From Acidimicrobiaceae bacterium (lineage in GTDB: Bacteria; Actinomycetota; Acidimicrobiia; Acidimicrobiales; Acidimicrobiaceae), in NCBI GenBank assembly GCA_013044415.1, contig JABEUO010000109.1, positions 1 through 32,531 on the forward strand: 32,531 nt of DNA, written 5' to 3'. Below are positions 9,088-18,599 of this stretch, piece after piece. A program made the translations under genes and the position numbers. The notes beneath the pieces were generated by a model. That model was not told the DNA's origin. It searched no databases and worked only from the letters and a program-made list of their open reading frames with translations. The first letter of the stretch is position 1. Every line of letters starts with the position of its first letter.

Positions 9088-9145
9088 CCAAAGAACCGCT
9101 GCGAATCACGCTCCACATTCAGCTGGTCGGCTACGGACCACTTGA

Positions 9146-11107
9146 TCAAGCGGCGACATATGACAGTTTCGCTGCATTGGCAACTTCAGCCGCAATCCCC
9201 ACCTTTGGATCACTTAGGTCAAAATCCACGATGATACCTTCGATCCTTGCCTCGCCAATCTCTCTCGAAGCCTCAAGTGTGGTTACAACTGGGTCAATGC
9301 CAGCCTGCGACGTGGAGACCATGCCGTCCGTCATAACTACCACAAATGGCTCGGTCCCTTTGGCACGCAACCTTTTTGAAAGCTCTGTTGCTTTACGTAA
9401 ACCAAGGTGCAACGGCGTCTTGCCACCCCTCTTGATTTGACCTAGGCGAGAGTTCGCCACTTCGATACTTCGAGTCGGCATTAAAATCGTTTCAGCGCTC
9501 GCCCCCTGGAAGGTTATCATCGCTACGCTATGACGCTTTAGATAGGCATCTCCGAGCAGCTTCTCTATCGTTAGCTTCGCTGCTTCGACGCGCTTTATTG
9601 AACCCATCGATCCAGAAGTGTCCACCACAAAGACAACGCACCTCTCTTCGAGCAAAAGCAACCTTTTGAAGACCAAGTCGGTGCTGGCGAGGTTTATCCC
9701 GGTCCCAGCGGTTAGCTGACCATCATCCGCCAGACGACGCAAACTGTTAGTAACCGTTTCCCGTACAGCGAGAGGAGATCCATCCTTTCTTTCAGCGTCG
9801 AAACCGGGGGAAAATTGAGTAGGTCTGTTCTTTGATCCAGCCACCAAAACCCGACCCGGCGGTGGAAATGTTTCTGGGAGTACACCTCGGGAATCTCCTT
9901 TGGCTGATCCAGACTCCCCCGCTGAAGGATTCCTGATGTCGCCGGACTTTCCGCCTTCTCCTTGGTCAGTTTCAGAGCCGGATCCGCTCATTTCTCCCTG
10001 GGAGTCCGAACCTAGTGCGTCGTCCATAGGCGTACCACCTTCGATACCCGGGGGTTGGCCGGCAGAAATCCCGCCACTCGCCTCGCTAGGAACCCTCGCA
10101 GGGTCTTCTAAAACCTCTTGGGAATTCTGGGAAGTACCCCGCTCTGCAGAGGATCCTCCATGACTCTGTTGGTCACTCTTTTGGATTTCGAATTGGTGCG
10201 AACTACCATGACTTTGAGGTTGATACTCGCCGTTATGTCGAGATCGATGCAGCAGCGCAAGGCTGGATATTTCGATCAAATCTTCCTCAGTAGCTTCACT
10301 CCTGCCACATAGAGCAGCGTAGGCCACCGCCCCTCGAACAAGGGCCAAGTCGGACCGCAAACCCTCTGCGCCGTGGGCGATAGAGACCTGAGCGGCAAAC
10401 TTAGCCAACTTCAAAAGAGCCTTCCGGGACCTGTCCTCGCCGTTCAGCAACCCTCTAGCAGTTACGACCTTCTCCCGCAGCTTATCGGTTTCAGCTTTGA
10501 AATTAACTATAAACAACTCGGGATCGGCCTCATATTCGACCCTTCTGGTCACCGCCTCCGCCCGCTCCTCCACGCTGCTGAGCGCATCCACATTGACGGC
10601 AAATCCAAAACGATCTAGAAGTTGTGGGCGCAACTCCCCCTCTTCGGGGTTCATCGAGCCACATAGAACAAATCTGGCATCCCTGACGATAGAAAAGCCT
10701 TCTCGCTCTATCCTCACCGTTCCTGAGGCCGCAGCATCCAGCATCACGTCGACGATGTGATCCTGTAAGAGGTTGACCTCGTCTACGTACAAAACCCCCG
10801 AATTAGCTTGCACTAAGAGCCCCGGCTTGAAAACTTCACTCCGATTGTTGATCACGCCGGAGAGGTCCAGCGTCCCGATAACACGATCTTCTGTGGCTCC
10901 AACAGGCAGTTCGACAAAAGGAGCTCCATCTTCAAGTAGATCCGCCACTCCTCTTGCAAGGGTAGACTTCGCCGATCCTTTCTCCCCAATTACCAGTAGA
11001 CCGCCAATTCGAGGGTCTATCGCCAAAAGTAGCAGCGCAAGCTTTAGTCTGCTTTGACCCACCACCGCTACAAATGGATAGCGAATCGCCCTATCTACTC
11101 TTTCCAA
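9146..11107 (-). CDS. chlID: Fused ChlI/ChlD-type AAA+ / vWA chelatase subunit (predicted partner of CobN)
   Basis: 653 aa. The N-terminal AAA+ module has PFVAVVGQSRLKLALLL, Walker A GEKGSAKST and Walker B VLYVDEVN. A long acidic/Gly/Ser-rich linker follows. The C-terminal vWA domain has the MIDAS motif DTSGSM. Overlaps the cobN stop by 13 nt. Confidence 0.9.
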   Translation of the reverse strand: MERVDRAIRYPFVAVVGQSRLKLALLLLAIDPRIGGLLVIGEKGSAKSTLARGVADLLEDGAPFVELPVGATEDRVIGTLDLSGVINNRSEVFKPGLLVQANSGVLYVDEVNLLQDHIVDVMLDAAASGTVRIEREGFSIVRDARFVLCGSMNPEEGELRPQLLDRFGFAVNVDALSSVEERAEAVTRRVEYEADPELFIVNFKAETDKLREKVVTARGLLNGEDRSRKALLKLAKFAAQVSIAHGAEGLRSDLALVRGAVAYAALCGRSEATEEDLIEISSLALLHRSRHNGEYQPQSHGSSHQFEIQKSDQQSHGGSSAERGTSQNSQEVLEDPARVPSEASGGISAGQPPGIEGGTPMDDALGSDSQGEMSGSGSETDQGEGGKSGDIRNPSAGESGSAKGDSRGVLPETFPPPGRVLVAGSKNRPTQFSPGFDAERKDGSPLAVRETVTNSLRRLADDGQLTAGTGINLASTDLVFKRLLLLEERCVVFVVDTSGSMGSIKRVEAAKLTIEKLLGDAYLKRHSVAMITFQGASAETILMPTRSIEVANSRLGQIKRGGKTPLHLGLRKATELSKRLRAKGTEPFVVVMTDGMVSTSQAGIDPVVTTLEASREIGEARIEGIIVDFDLSDPKVGIAAEVANAAKLSYVAA

Positions 11108-14100
11108 CCTTCCACCTCCATTAGTTTTCTACGCAAGAGCTGGAGGTCGACTTCAGCTGCTCGCCAAAGGCCACGCGTATTCGCCTCGATTAATCGTTCG
11201 CAAATCGATGCCAAAGCGTCGGGATTATTCAGTCTAAAGAACTCCGATACCTGCTCATCGGCTACATAGCTTTGTGTCAATGCATCGAACATCCAGTCTT
11301 TGACCACCCTCGCCGTGGCTTGGTATCCGAAGAGATAATCGGCAGTGGCGGCCATTTCGAATCCACCTTTATATCCATGGCGCATCATGGCAGAAATCCA
11401 CTTTGGATTCACAACCCTCGACCTAAAGACTCTCGCAGCCTCCTCCTCGAGACTGCGAACTCTTGGATTTTCAACACTTGATGAATCTCCAAAATATGCC
11501 AGCGGGTCCTTTTCTGACAGGGTCCGTATGGCAGCGATCATCCCACCGTGGTCTTGCATGTAGTCGTCTGAGTCGAAAATATCATGTTCACGGTTGTCCT
11601 GATTCTTCGACGCTACTTCGGTAACCCTCAGTCTCGCAGACAGGGCGTCTTTGGCGGGAAGGCCGAAACCGGACCTGGTATAGCTGAACCCGCTCCAATT
11701 CAGGTATACCTCGGTAAGATCCTCATCTCCCCTCCAATCCTTGGAAATCAATAGCGGGAGCAGCCCAGAGCCATAGGCGCGTGGAGGAGGTCCAAATATC
11801 CTCGGAGTTGAAATACCACCAACTAGCGGATTGGCTTCGACACTTTCATCTAGCTGCGCCACCATCTCGAACGCTTCGTCGAGCAGTTTGATCGACTGCG
11901 GAAAGGCATCACGAAAAAAACCCGATATCCGACAGGTAACATCTACCCTAGGTCGGCCTAGCTCTTCGAGTGGCAGGACCTCAAGTCCGGTAACCCTCGA
12001 GGAATCTTGATCCCATATGGGGCGAACCCCTAAGAGCGCCAGTACTTGGGAGATGTCATCTCCACCCGTCCGCATGGCCGCTGTACCCCAAATGACCACT
12101 CCGACCGATTTTGGATACCTACCTTTGTCCTCAACGAACCTCTCGACTAGAGATTCGGCCAGTCTTCTCCCGACTTCATAGGAGAGACGTGAAGGAATGG
12201 CCCTCGGATCAATCGAATAGAAATTCCTACCCGTCGGGAGGACGTGAGCCATACCTCTGCTAGGAGCCCCCGATGGTCCCGGCTCGACAAACCCGCCCGA
12301 CAATGCGTGAATTATTGAATCGATCTCATTCGTTGTCAGCCTTATCCTGGGAACAAGTGAACCAGAGATCCATCTGATAACTTCGCCTAGCTCACCCCCA
12401 CTAAATTCCTCTGGTACATCTATCGACCAGTCCCGTTCAGCCAGTTCCCTTAGCAGGCCCTGAGTAGCTTGGTCTAGTAAATCCGAATCCCGTAGGCTCG
12501 AAGAACCTGGATCAATTCCGATACTTTTAGCCAACAATGACCGAAGTGACGCCACATTTCCTTGCGATACCCGAGTAATTGCGCTTACTGTATCAATAAG
12601 CAGGTCACCCTCGGGTGGTTTCCCCAAGACGTGAAGGCCACCACGGATGACGGCGTCTTTAAGTTCGCAAAGGTAGCCGTCGATATGTGATACCATCGAA
12701 TCAAAGTCTGGATCTATGAAACCTCCGTTCGGTAGGTTCAAATTGAGGTCCTGGTCGATCTTGCACTCCTCGAGGAGTCGCCAAATCTGTTCCCTGATCC
12801 TGGGAAGTTTCGAAGGATCCAGGGCGGTAAGTTTTTGATGCTCATCCAGCAGGTCTTCTAGTTGCGTAGTCGAACCATAGCTTCCTGCCCTAGTCAACGG
12901 TGGAATCATATGGTCAATGATGGTCGCATGGCTCCGTCGCTTCGCTTGGGTACCCTCCCCAGGATCATTCACTACGAAGGGGTAGATAAAGGGAACATCA
13001 CCCAATGCAAGCTGTGGATAGCAGTCGGAGGAGAGCCCAACACTCTTGCCCGGAAGCCACTCCAAAGTACCATGCTTGCCGAGGTGTATGATTGCATCCG
13101 CCTGGAACTCAAGGTCAAGGTAACGGTAGAAGGCGATGTAATGGTGCATCGGAGCTAATTCGGCTGAATGATAAATCGCTATGGGATTCTCTCCAAATCC
13201 ACGAGAGGGTTGGATAGCTACGATAACGTTTCCAAACCTCAATGCAGGAAAATGGAACTTTCCATGCGCAACGAATGCGTCACCCGGCGCATCTCCCCAG
13301 GTCTCAATTAACTCTCCCTTAACTTTCGCCGAGAACTTCGAGAACTCCTCCAGGTACTTCTCAGTCGGCCAGGTCACCTCGTACCTACCACGTGGGAGTA
13401 CCTCGGTCGAGTCGTAATCTACAAGCTCTCCGAGAAGTTCCATGAGTAAGACCGGATCTGTGGGAAATTCCCCCGTATGGTATCCGGCTCGCCGAAGCTC
13501 GGCGAGAAGATTGACCGCACTCTGAGGGGTATCAAGTCCGACGGCGTTTCCTAGTCTCGACCGCCTAGTCGGATAAGCGCTAAGGACGATGGCAACCCTT
13601 TTAGACTGGTTGGACTTCTGGCGCAAACGGGCGAGCCTATTCGCCAGTCCCGCCACAGAAAATGTCCCGGCCTCGGAGGTTCGATAGGCCGAAATCGAAG
13701 TGCCAAAGTGCTGGTCATCATCGACAACTTCCTTAAAGCTGAATGGTACTGAGATGATCCGGCCGTCAAACTCGGGGATAGCGACGTTCATGGCCACATC
13801 CATCGGTCCAAGTCCAAAATCGGATTCGGCCCAGCTCGACTGGGAGTTCGTAGATACCAACGCTTGCAAAATTGGAACTCCTATTTTCGACATCTCTCCC
13901 GCATCCCAACTGAGCTCGTCATCATCAAAACTCCCTGATGCGAGGACCGTCGTAACGACGACATCTGGGTTGAGCCTCTGAATCTCTTTAGCGGGTGTCA
14001 AGCCCTCTTCGTTGCCGGCTGATCGAAGTGAGTAGCAGAAGTAAGCGTCTACGCTCATCCCCAAAAGGACCATCTTGTCAACTAGATCGCGAATAAATCG

Positions 14101-14643
14101 AGTGTTGGAGGATATAAGGTGCGCCCGATAAAAGACAACCACCGCCTTGGGAGCGAGCGGATCATGGCTCTTTTGCGACAAGTACAGGCCACTATTTGGC
14201 ACGACTTTTGGTTCTTCAAAGCCAAATCCGTATCCGAGGAGGGTATCTGCCAGAAAGAGTAGGAAACTCGAGAAGTTCTCAAGGCCCCCGTTGATCAGGT
14301 ACTCAAGGGCATATTTATATGAACCCCCGGGTATCTCCGACATAAACGCGAGATCCTCGTCAAAAGTTGCCTCCCCGGGAAAAGCTATAAATACTCCTCC
14401 GATGCCCTTTGCCCAAGAAGAAATGTCTTGGGCGAGAGACTGTGTGTCTTGCCCACCCAAAAGTCGAGCAATAACTACCGTCCGAGAATCGGATGAGGTC
14501 TCCTCGGTGGCTAGCGAAGCATAATCAGTGGTCTTCTTGACGATTAGCTCCGGGAAGTCTCCGGGAAGTCCTTCCCAGACGCTGCGCATGGTAATTACTT
14601 CGGTATCGGCGTTCGTGAAGTAGTAGATCCTGTCCAAATCCAA
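11095..14643 (-). CDS. cobN: Cobaltochelatase large subunit CobN
   Basis: 1182-aa ORF of CobN/ChlH size and architecture, recognised end to end (for example HLGKHGTLEWLPGK, VIWGTAAMRTGGDD). Sits in a B12 gene context. TTG start. Confidence 0.95.
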   Translation of the reverse strand: MDLDRIYYFTNADTEVITMRSVWEGLPGDFPELIVKKTTDYASLATEETSSDSRTVVIARLLGGQDTQSLAQDISSWAKGIGGVFIAFPGEATFDEDLAFMSEIPGGSYKYALEYLINGGLENFSSFLLFLADTLLGYGFGFEEPKVVPNSGLYLSQKSHDPLAPKAVVVFYRAHLISSNTRFIRDLVDKMVLLGMSVDAYFCYSLRSAGNEEGLTPAKEIQRLNPDVVVTTVLASGSFDDDELSWDAGEMSKIGVPILQALVSTNSQSSWAESDFGLGPMDVAMNVAIPEFDGRIISVPFSFKEVVDDDQHFGTSISAYRTSEAGTFSVAGLANRLARLRQKSNQSKRVAIVLSAYPTRRSRLGNAVGLDTPQSAVNLLAELRRAGYHTGEFPTDPVLLMELLGELVDYDSTEVLPRGRYEVTWPTEKYLEEFSKFSAKVKGELIETWGDAPGDAFVAHGKFHFPALRFGNVIVAIQPSRGFGENPIAIYHSAELAPMHHYIAFYRYLDLEFQADAIIHLGKHGTLEWLPGKSVGLSSDCYPQLALGDVPFIYPFVVNDPGEGTQAKRRSHATIIDHMIPPLTRAGSYGSTTQLEDLLDEHQKLTALDPSKLPRIREQIWRLLEECKIDQDLNLNLPNGGFIDPDFDSMVSHIDGYLCELKDAVIRGGLHVLGKPPEGDLLIDTVSAITRVSQGNVASLRSLLAKSIGIDPGSSSLRDSDLLDQATQGLLRELAERDWSIDVPEEFSGGELGEVIRWISGSLVPRIRLTTNEIDSIIHALSGGFVEPGPSGAPSRGMAHVLPTGRNFYSIDPRAIPSRLSYEVGRRLAESLVERFVEDKGRYPKSVGVVIWGTAAMRTGGDDISQVLALLGVRPIWDQDSSRVTGLEVLPLEELGRPRVDVTCRISGFFRDAFPQSIKLLDEAFEMVAQLDESVEANPLVGGISTPRIFGPPPRAYGSGLLPLLISKDWRGDEDLTEVYLNWSGFSYTRSGFGLPAKDALSARLRVTEVASKNQDNREHDIFDSDDYMQDHGGMIAAIRTLSEKDPLAYFGDSSSVENPRVRSLEEEAARVFRSRVVNPKWISAMMRHGYKGGFEMAATADYLFGYQATARVVKDWMFDALTQSYVADEQVSEFFRLNNPDALASICERLIEANTRGLWRAAEVDLQLLRRKLMEVEGWKE

Positions 14644-14663
14644 ATTTACCTATCTAGTCGAAC

Positions 14664-14688
14664 TCTTGAATAAATCTTGAATAAATCT
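14664..14688. repeat. Tandem 11-nt repeat TCTTGAATAAA x2.3 in the cobQ-cobN spacer
   Basis: Exact copies at 14664-14674 and 14675-14685, plus a partial TCT. They lie 20-45 nt upstream of the cobN start, and related TTGAA(A/T) motifs follow at 14694-14706. Confidence 0.85.
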
Positions 14689-14818
14689 CATCTTTGAAAT
14701 TGAATACCCCATCGGTGGAAAACTTCAGCTCAAAGTGGTAGTGACCCATCAGGAGGGATCATTCGGGCAAATTCTCTTTTCGACCAATATCGTCTTTCCC
14801 AGCTGCAGATTGTCATCT

Positions 14819-16312
14819 CTAACTCCTGAGCCAATCGAGCATCTCGGTGTCCATGGTGGCTGCGACGAGCCACTTAGCGAGCCCGTTGTAGTACTCCTCC
14901 TTCAGATCCAAGTAGGATGGTCCCGGCGAGTAATCCTTGTTAGTATTCGATGCGACGTGTCTTAATAGCCACCTTCGAAAACCATCCGACTCTAAAACAC
15001 CGTGCAGCGTGGTGCCCAAAACATTGGCTCGTATCGCACCCTCTGACCCCCTAGAGCCGTCACTCTCGCCAAAACGATGCCTCACCGGAGACTCATCGAG
15101 GCTAAAGAGTCCTTCGACCTCGCCCATATACATGACCCTTCCATTGTGAATCTGATATCCATCGATAGCGACGTCACTATCCATCAATCGTCCAGATCTG
15201 GTAAGCGTCAGTTTTCGCCGCTCAAACTTTGTAGAAATGTCCAGAAGTCCAAGGCCAGAAGCGGTTTTGACCTCAGACTCGATTCCATCCTCTATCACGT
15301 GGCCCAGCATCTGGTATCCTCCGCATATCCCTAGCAGGCAACCTCCACCGTCGACGTAATTCCGAATAGAGGCGTCAAAATTAGCCCTCAACCAGGCAAG
15401 ATCGTCAATAGTGGACTTTGAACCTGGCAGGACTACCAGATCACACCCGTGGATGTCGTCCTTTTTTGTGAGATAGGCGACTTCGACAAATGGCTCGGTC
15501 AAAAGCGGATCAAAGTCCGTGTAGTTAGAAAGGTGGGGAAAGGCAATAATGCCGACCTTGAGGGGCGCTCCGGAGTTCGAACTCTTTCCAAAGGGAATGG
15601 AAAGGGAATCTTCTGAATCGAACCTGGAGCCGCCGAAGTAACGGAGCAGACCAAAGTGCTTTGCGTTAATTAGTGCAGATAGCTGGTCGATGCCTGACTC
15701 AAGAAGGGATGGATCGCCGCGAAACTTGTTGATCATGTAGCCGTCGATCAAAGCAGCCAAATCATCGGGGAGTATTTTTATGGTCCCGAAGATATGGGCG
15801 AACATCCCTCCCCTGTCGATGTCGGCCACAAGTAGGGCCCTAGCCCCCACCTCTCGCGCTAGCTTCAAGTTAACTAGTTCGTCTTTGAGAAGGTTAATCT
15901 CTGCCGGGGATCCAGCGCCTTCTAGCACCACCAAGTCGTAGGACTTAGCTAGTTCGCGAAAGCTTGAAAGTACTTCGCCAAAGAGTTTAGGCTTGAGTTC
16001 TTGATACTCCTTGGCACTAAAGGAGCCGACCACCTCCCCCCTAAGCACCAACTGCGACCTCTGTTCTGACTCCGGCTTAAGCAGAATGGGGTTCATATTG
16101 TAAGTTGCTGTAGTTCTGGCGGCGAAGGCCTGCCCTGCTTGAGCTCTACCTATCTCATAGCCATCCTCCGTGACCGCCGAATTGAGTGCCATGTTCTGAG
16201 CCTTGAAAGGGGCAACTGAGACTCCTCTGTCCGAAAGTACCCGACATATCGCCGAGACCAGGGTCGACTTTCCAGCATCAGAGGAGGTTCCAACGATCAT
16301 TTTTGGGCGCAT
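14819..16312 (-). CDS. cobQ: Cobyric acid synthase
   Basis: N-terminal MRPKMIVGTSSDAGKST P-loop and a C-terminal glutamine amidotransferase domain (GICGGYQMLG). The preferred ATG at 16312 overlaps the cobD stop as TAATG. The longest ORF extends to 16351. Confidence 0.93.
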   Translation of the reverse strand: MRPKMIVGTSSDAGKSTLVSAICRVLSDRGVSVAPFKAQNMALNSAVTEDGYEIGRAQAGQAFAARTTATYNMNPILLKPESEQRSQLVLRGEVVGSFSAKEYQELKPKLFGEVLSSFRELAKSYDLVVLEGAGSPAEINLLKDELVNLKLAREVGARALLVADIDRGGMFAHIFGTIKILPDDLAALIDGYMINKFRGDPSLLESGIDQLSALINAKHFGLLRYFGGSRFDSEDSLSIPFGKSSNSGAPLKVGIIAFPHLSNYTDFDPLLTEPFVEVAYLTKKDDIHGCDLVVLPGSKSTIDDLAWLRANFDASIRNYVDGGGCLLGICGGYQMLGHVIEDGIESEVKTASGLGLLDISTKFERRKLTLTRSGRLMDSDVAIDGYQIHNGRVMYMGEVEGLFSLDESPVRHRFGESDGSRGSEGAIRANVLGTTLHGVLESDGFRRWLLRHVASNTNKDYSPGPSYLDLKEEYYNGLAKWLVAATMDTEMLDWLRS

Positions 16313-17283
16313 TAACCCTCTTCCCTTAGCCCTTTGAAATGGACAAAACACTTTAGGGAGACGCCCAATAAAAGCAGCGCGGTGACGAAAACTGAATCGA
16401 CTTTTCGAGCCAACGAAACCGCTTGCCCGATGTCCTCCGAGACGACGTCTTTGCCCAGTTTTCCGACCCGTGGGCGAAACTCACCTACTCCCCGGTAGCT
16501 CAGTTCACCGCCGAGTTCAATACCTAATGCTTCGGCGTATGCCGCCTCAACGAGTCCAGCATTGGGCGAAGGATGAGGCCTAGCCTGCCTAAACGTCCTC
16601 CTAAGGGTCCCAAGGTCGGCTCGAGATAGCAAAGAGATCACTAAGGTAGTCAAGCGAGCGGGGATGAAGTTTGCTACATCGTCCAACTTTGCCGAAGTCC
16701 ATCCAAAATTCGAATATCGATACGAAAAATTCCCAAACATCGAATCCAGGGTATTGATACTCCGATATCCCAACGCTCCCTTTGCCCCGAGGAGCGACCC
16801 CCAAAACAGTACGCCCACCACCGCATCGACACTATTTTCGGCTACCGACTCGACGGTCGCCCGGGCTATATCGCCCGCGTCAAGTTCAGACCTGTCCCTT
16901 CCAACCAGCGACAGCAGCTCGCTTCGCGCAAAGTCAAGATCTGGAAGTGTCAATGCGCTTTGAACGGAAGCCGCCGCTTCAAAGAGGGACTTTTCGGCAA
17001 TTGCCAGGTAACTGGAAACAGCGGTAGCGATGAAGGAACCTTCGAGGAGTTCACCCAGAATCCAAACTGGTATCAAGAGTGACGTCCATAAATACCCTCC
17101 GGACCGCCTTGTATCTGCCCAGAAAAGCGGCTCGATACCCCCGGCGAGTCGACCGAAAAGGGCCACCGGATGGTAGCGGCTTGACGGCTCACCGAAGACT
17201 CGGTCGAGCAAAAGGCCGGTAGCCGCCCCAAGAACTTGGTTCGAAGCCTTCTCTCCTCGCCGGTACTTTCTCATATTAGTCAC
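16312..17283 (-). CDS. cobD: Adenosylcobinamide-phosphate synthase (CobD/CbiB)
   Basis: 323-aa membrane protein with N-terminal LLDRVFGEPSSRYHPVALFG, typical of CbiB/CobD. Position is between cobS and cobQ. Confidence 0.9.
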   Translation of the reverse strand: MTNMRKYRRGEKASNQVLGAATGLLLDRVFGEPSSRYHPVALFGRLAGGIEPLFWADTRRSGGYLWTSLLIPVWILGELLEGSFIATAVSSYLAIAEKSLFEAAASVQSALTLPDLDFARSELLSLVGRDRSELDAGDIARATVESVAENSVDAVVGVLFWGSLLGAKGALGYRSINTLDSMFGNFSYRYSNFGWTSAKLDDVANFIPARLTTLVISLLSRADLGTLRRTFRQARPHPSPNAGLVEAAYAEALGIELGGELSYRGVGEFRPRVGKLGKDVVSEDIGQAVSLARKVDSVFVTALLLLGVSLKCFVHFKGLREEG

Positions 17284-17322
17284 CGCAGCATCATCTCAAA
17301 TTCATCCCAAATCGCGTCAGAC

Positions 17323-18069
17323 TCATCTCAGGGCCTTGGCACTCAGCACAAGAAGGGCGACGGTTTCGAAGAGGATTCCAGAGCCTCCCAACAAATCTCC
17401 GGTGTAGCCACCTAGGAGTAAAACGCCTCTTCGGTAAAAGTAGGCCGTAACCCCGAAAGCCACCAGGATCGCGACCACGCCGGCTAAAAACCCAACGCCA
17501 AACACGACTAAAGCGACACAGACTACCAGAACCGGAAGAACTACTAAAAAGTCGGCTCCCTCCGACATGGACCCGAGAAAGATACTCGCCATTCCGCCGT
17601 TGGGACGTGCGTAATTTCCCCTCCCGATCCCTAGTGCCATTAAGGACCGAGATATGCCCAATAATCCGACCAAGAGGAGAGTACTGGGTCTCATTTCGGC
17701 CAAGGACGTCACCCTCAGAAGGACAACTAGCAGAATGGCGATCGCCCCAAAGCTTCCGATGGTTGGCTGTCTCATAACTTCTAGCCGCCGCTCGGTTTTC
17801 ATATGTGCGAAAAGGCCGTCGCCACAATCGGCAATAGCGTCATAATGCAGACCATAGGTGAGCAATACATCCGCGCAAACTACGAATACCGCGGCCACGG
17901 TTGGCGAAAATAGAGCCGAGGCGATTCGCCATATCAATCCCAGGAGCAGCCCTAGCAGCATTCCCGCAACGCCGAAGTAGCGCGGAGTTCGCTTAGACGG
18001 AGATGCTTTTGTGGGAAATGAGCTCAGAAAGCCGACCGACGAAAGTAGTGCATCAAGTTGTTCAGCCAT
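17323..18069 (-). CDS. cobS: Adenosylcobinamide-GDP ribazoletransferase (cobalamin synthase)
   Basis: 248-aa polytopic membrane protein (FLSSFP..., DAIADCGDGLF). Overlaps the cobU stop by 8 nt. Confidence 0.88.
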   Translation of the reverse strand: MAEQLDALLSSVGFLSSFPTKASPSKRTPRYFGVAGMLLGLLLGLIWRIASALFSPTVAAVFVVCADVLLTYGLHYDAIADCGDGLFAHMKTERRLEVMRQPTIGSFGAIAILLVVLLRVTSLAEMRPSTLLLVGLLGISRSLMALGIGRGNYARPNGGMASIFLGSMSEGADFLVVLPVLVVCVALVVFGVGFLAGVVAILVAFGVTAYFYRRGVLLLGGYTGDLLGGSGILFETVALLVLSAKALR

Positions 18070-18580
18070 CGCTACCCCTCAGTAAGACGGGTATTCCAGC
18101 ATGCACAAAATAGACACAATCCAGAGCAAGGGCCAATTTTTGGTTTATGGCGCCCATTCGGTCGACAAAAACACGACCGATCTTGGATTCTGGGTGAACA
18201 CTCAGGCCAACCTCTTCCGAAACAACGACGAACTTCTGCACTTTGTGGGATAGTTCCTCGACTAATTCGGAATCCAAATCGACGTTCCCACTGAGTGAAG
18301 ACGAGATGAAGGTACCAATCGAATCCAGTAAAAAGGGCTTGGTAGTGCCCTTGATATGGCAGAGCAATTCCGCTGGCACAGAAAGTTCTTTAGTCTCGAA
18401 CTTCTCTGCGCGACGCTCCCGGTGCAGGGCTATCCTCGCCAAAGCATCACCATCCGTAGGGTCAAAGCTCAAGGTGGCGAGGTACTCTGGCTTACCGAGT
18501 CCGGTCAGAAGCGATTCTGCAAAACTTGACTTCCCCGACCTAGTCCCACCCAGGACAAGGGTACCTCCGACGGATCTCAC
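18062..18580 (-). CDS. cobU: Bifunctional adenosylcobinamide kinase / adenosylcobinamide-phosphate guanylyltransferase
   Basis: 172 aa with P-loop LGGTRSGKSSFAE. GTG start has a GAGGAG Shine-Dalgarno about 5 nt upstream. It is the first gene after the riboswitch. Confidence 0.9.
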   Translation of the reverse strand: MRSVGGTLVLGGTRSGKSSFAESLLTGLGKPEYLATLSFDPTDGDALARIALHRERRAEKFETKELSVPAELLCHIKGTTKPFLLDSIGTFISSSLSGNVDLDSELVEELSHKVQKFVVVSEEVGLSVHPESKIGRVFVDRMGAINQKLALALDCVYFVHAGIPVLLRGSDG

Positions 18581-18599
18581 GCATCTCCTCTAATTCGCA

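Noticed and set aside
11272-14524. Multiple 60-125-aa plus-strand ORFs antisense to cobN, for example 14147-14524, 12862-13158 and 13700-13981.
   Set aside because: All lie inside the 1182-aa cobN reading frame. They have low-complexity Ser/Pro/Arg-rich translations and no RBS or family resemblance. The same applies to antisense ORFs within thrS, chlID, cobQ, cobB, cbiD and fadD.
9146-14643. CobN/ChlID interpreted as a magnesium chelatase (BchH/ChlH-BchD/I) for bacteriochlorophyll synthesis.
   Set aside because: The genes sit in the same riboswitch-headed operon as cobU-cobS-cobD-cobQ, with no photosynthesis genes nearby. The ~1180-aa size fits CobN better than the ~1200-1350-aa H subunits I recall.
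14690-14818. Possible cobalamin riboswitch upstream of cobN. The minus strand contains GGGAAAG…GGTCGAAAAG and CACTACCACTT.
   Set aside because: No GGTG.AA.TCC pairing partner, no CCCGCAACTGT block, no GGGAAGGC and no AGGAGACC 3' motif. The resemblance is limited to short purine runs.
17291-17827. 178-aa minus-strand ORF overlapping cobS in another frame.
   Set aside because: It is Arg/Ser/Gly-rich with a nonsense-like composition and lies entirely inside a well-supported membrane-protein gene. This is a typical alternative-frame artefact.
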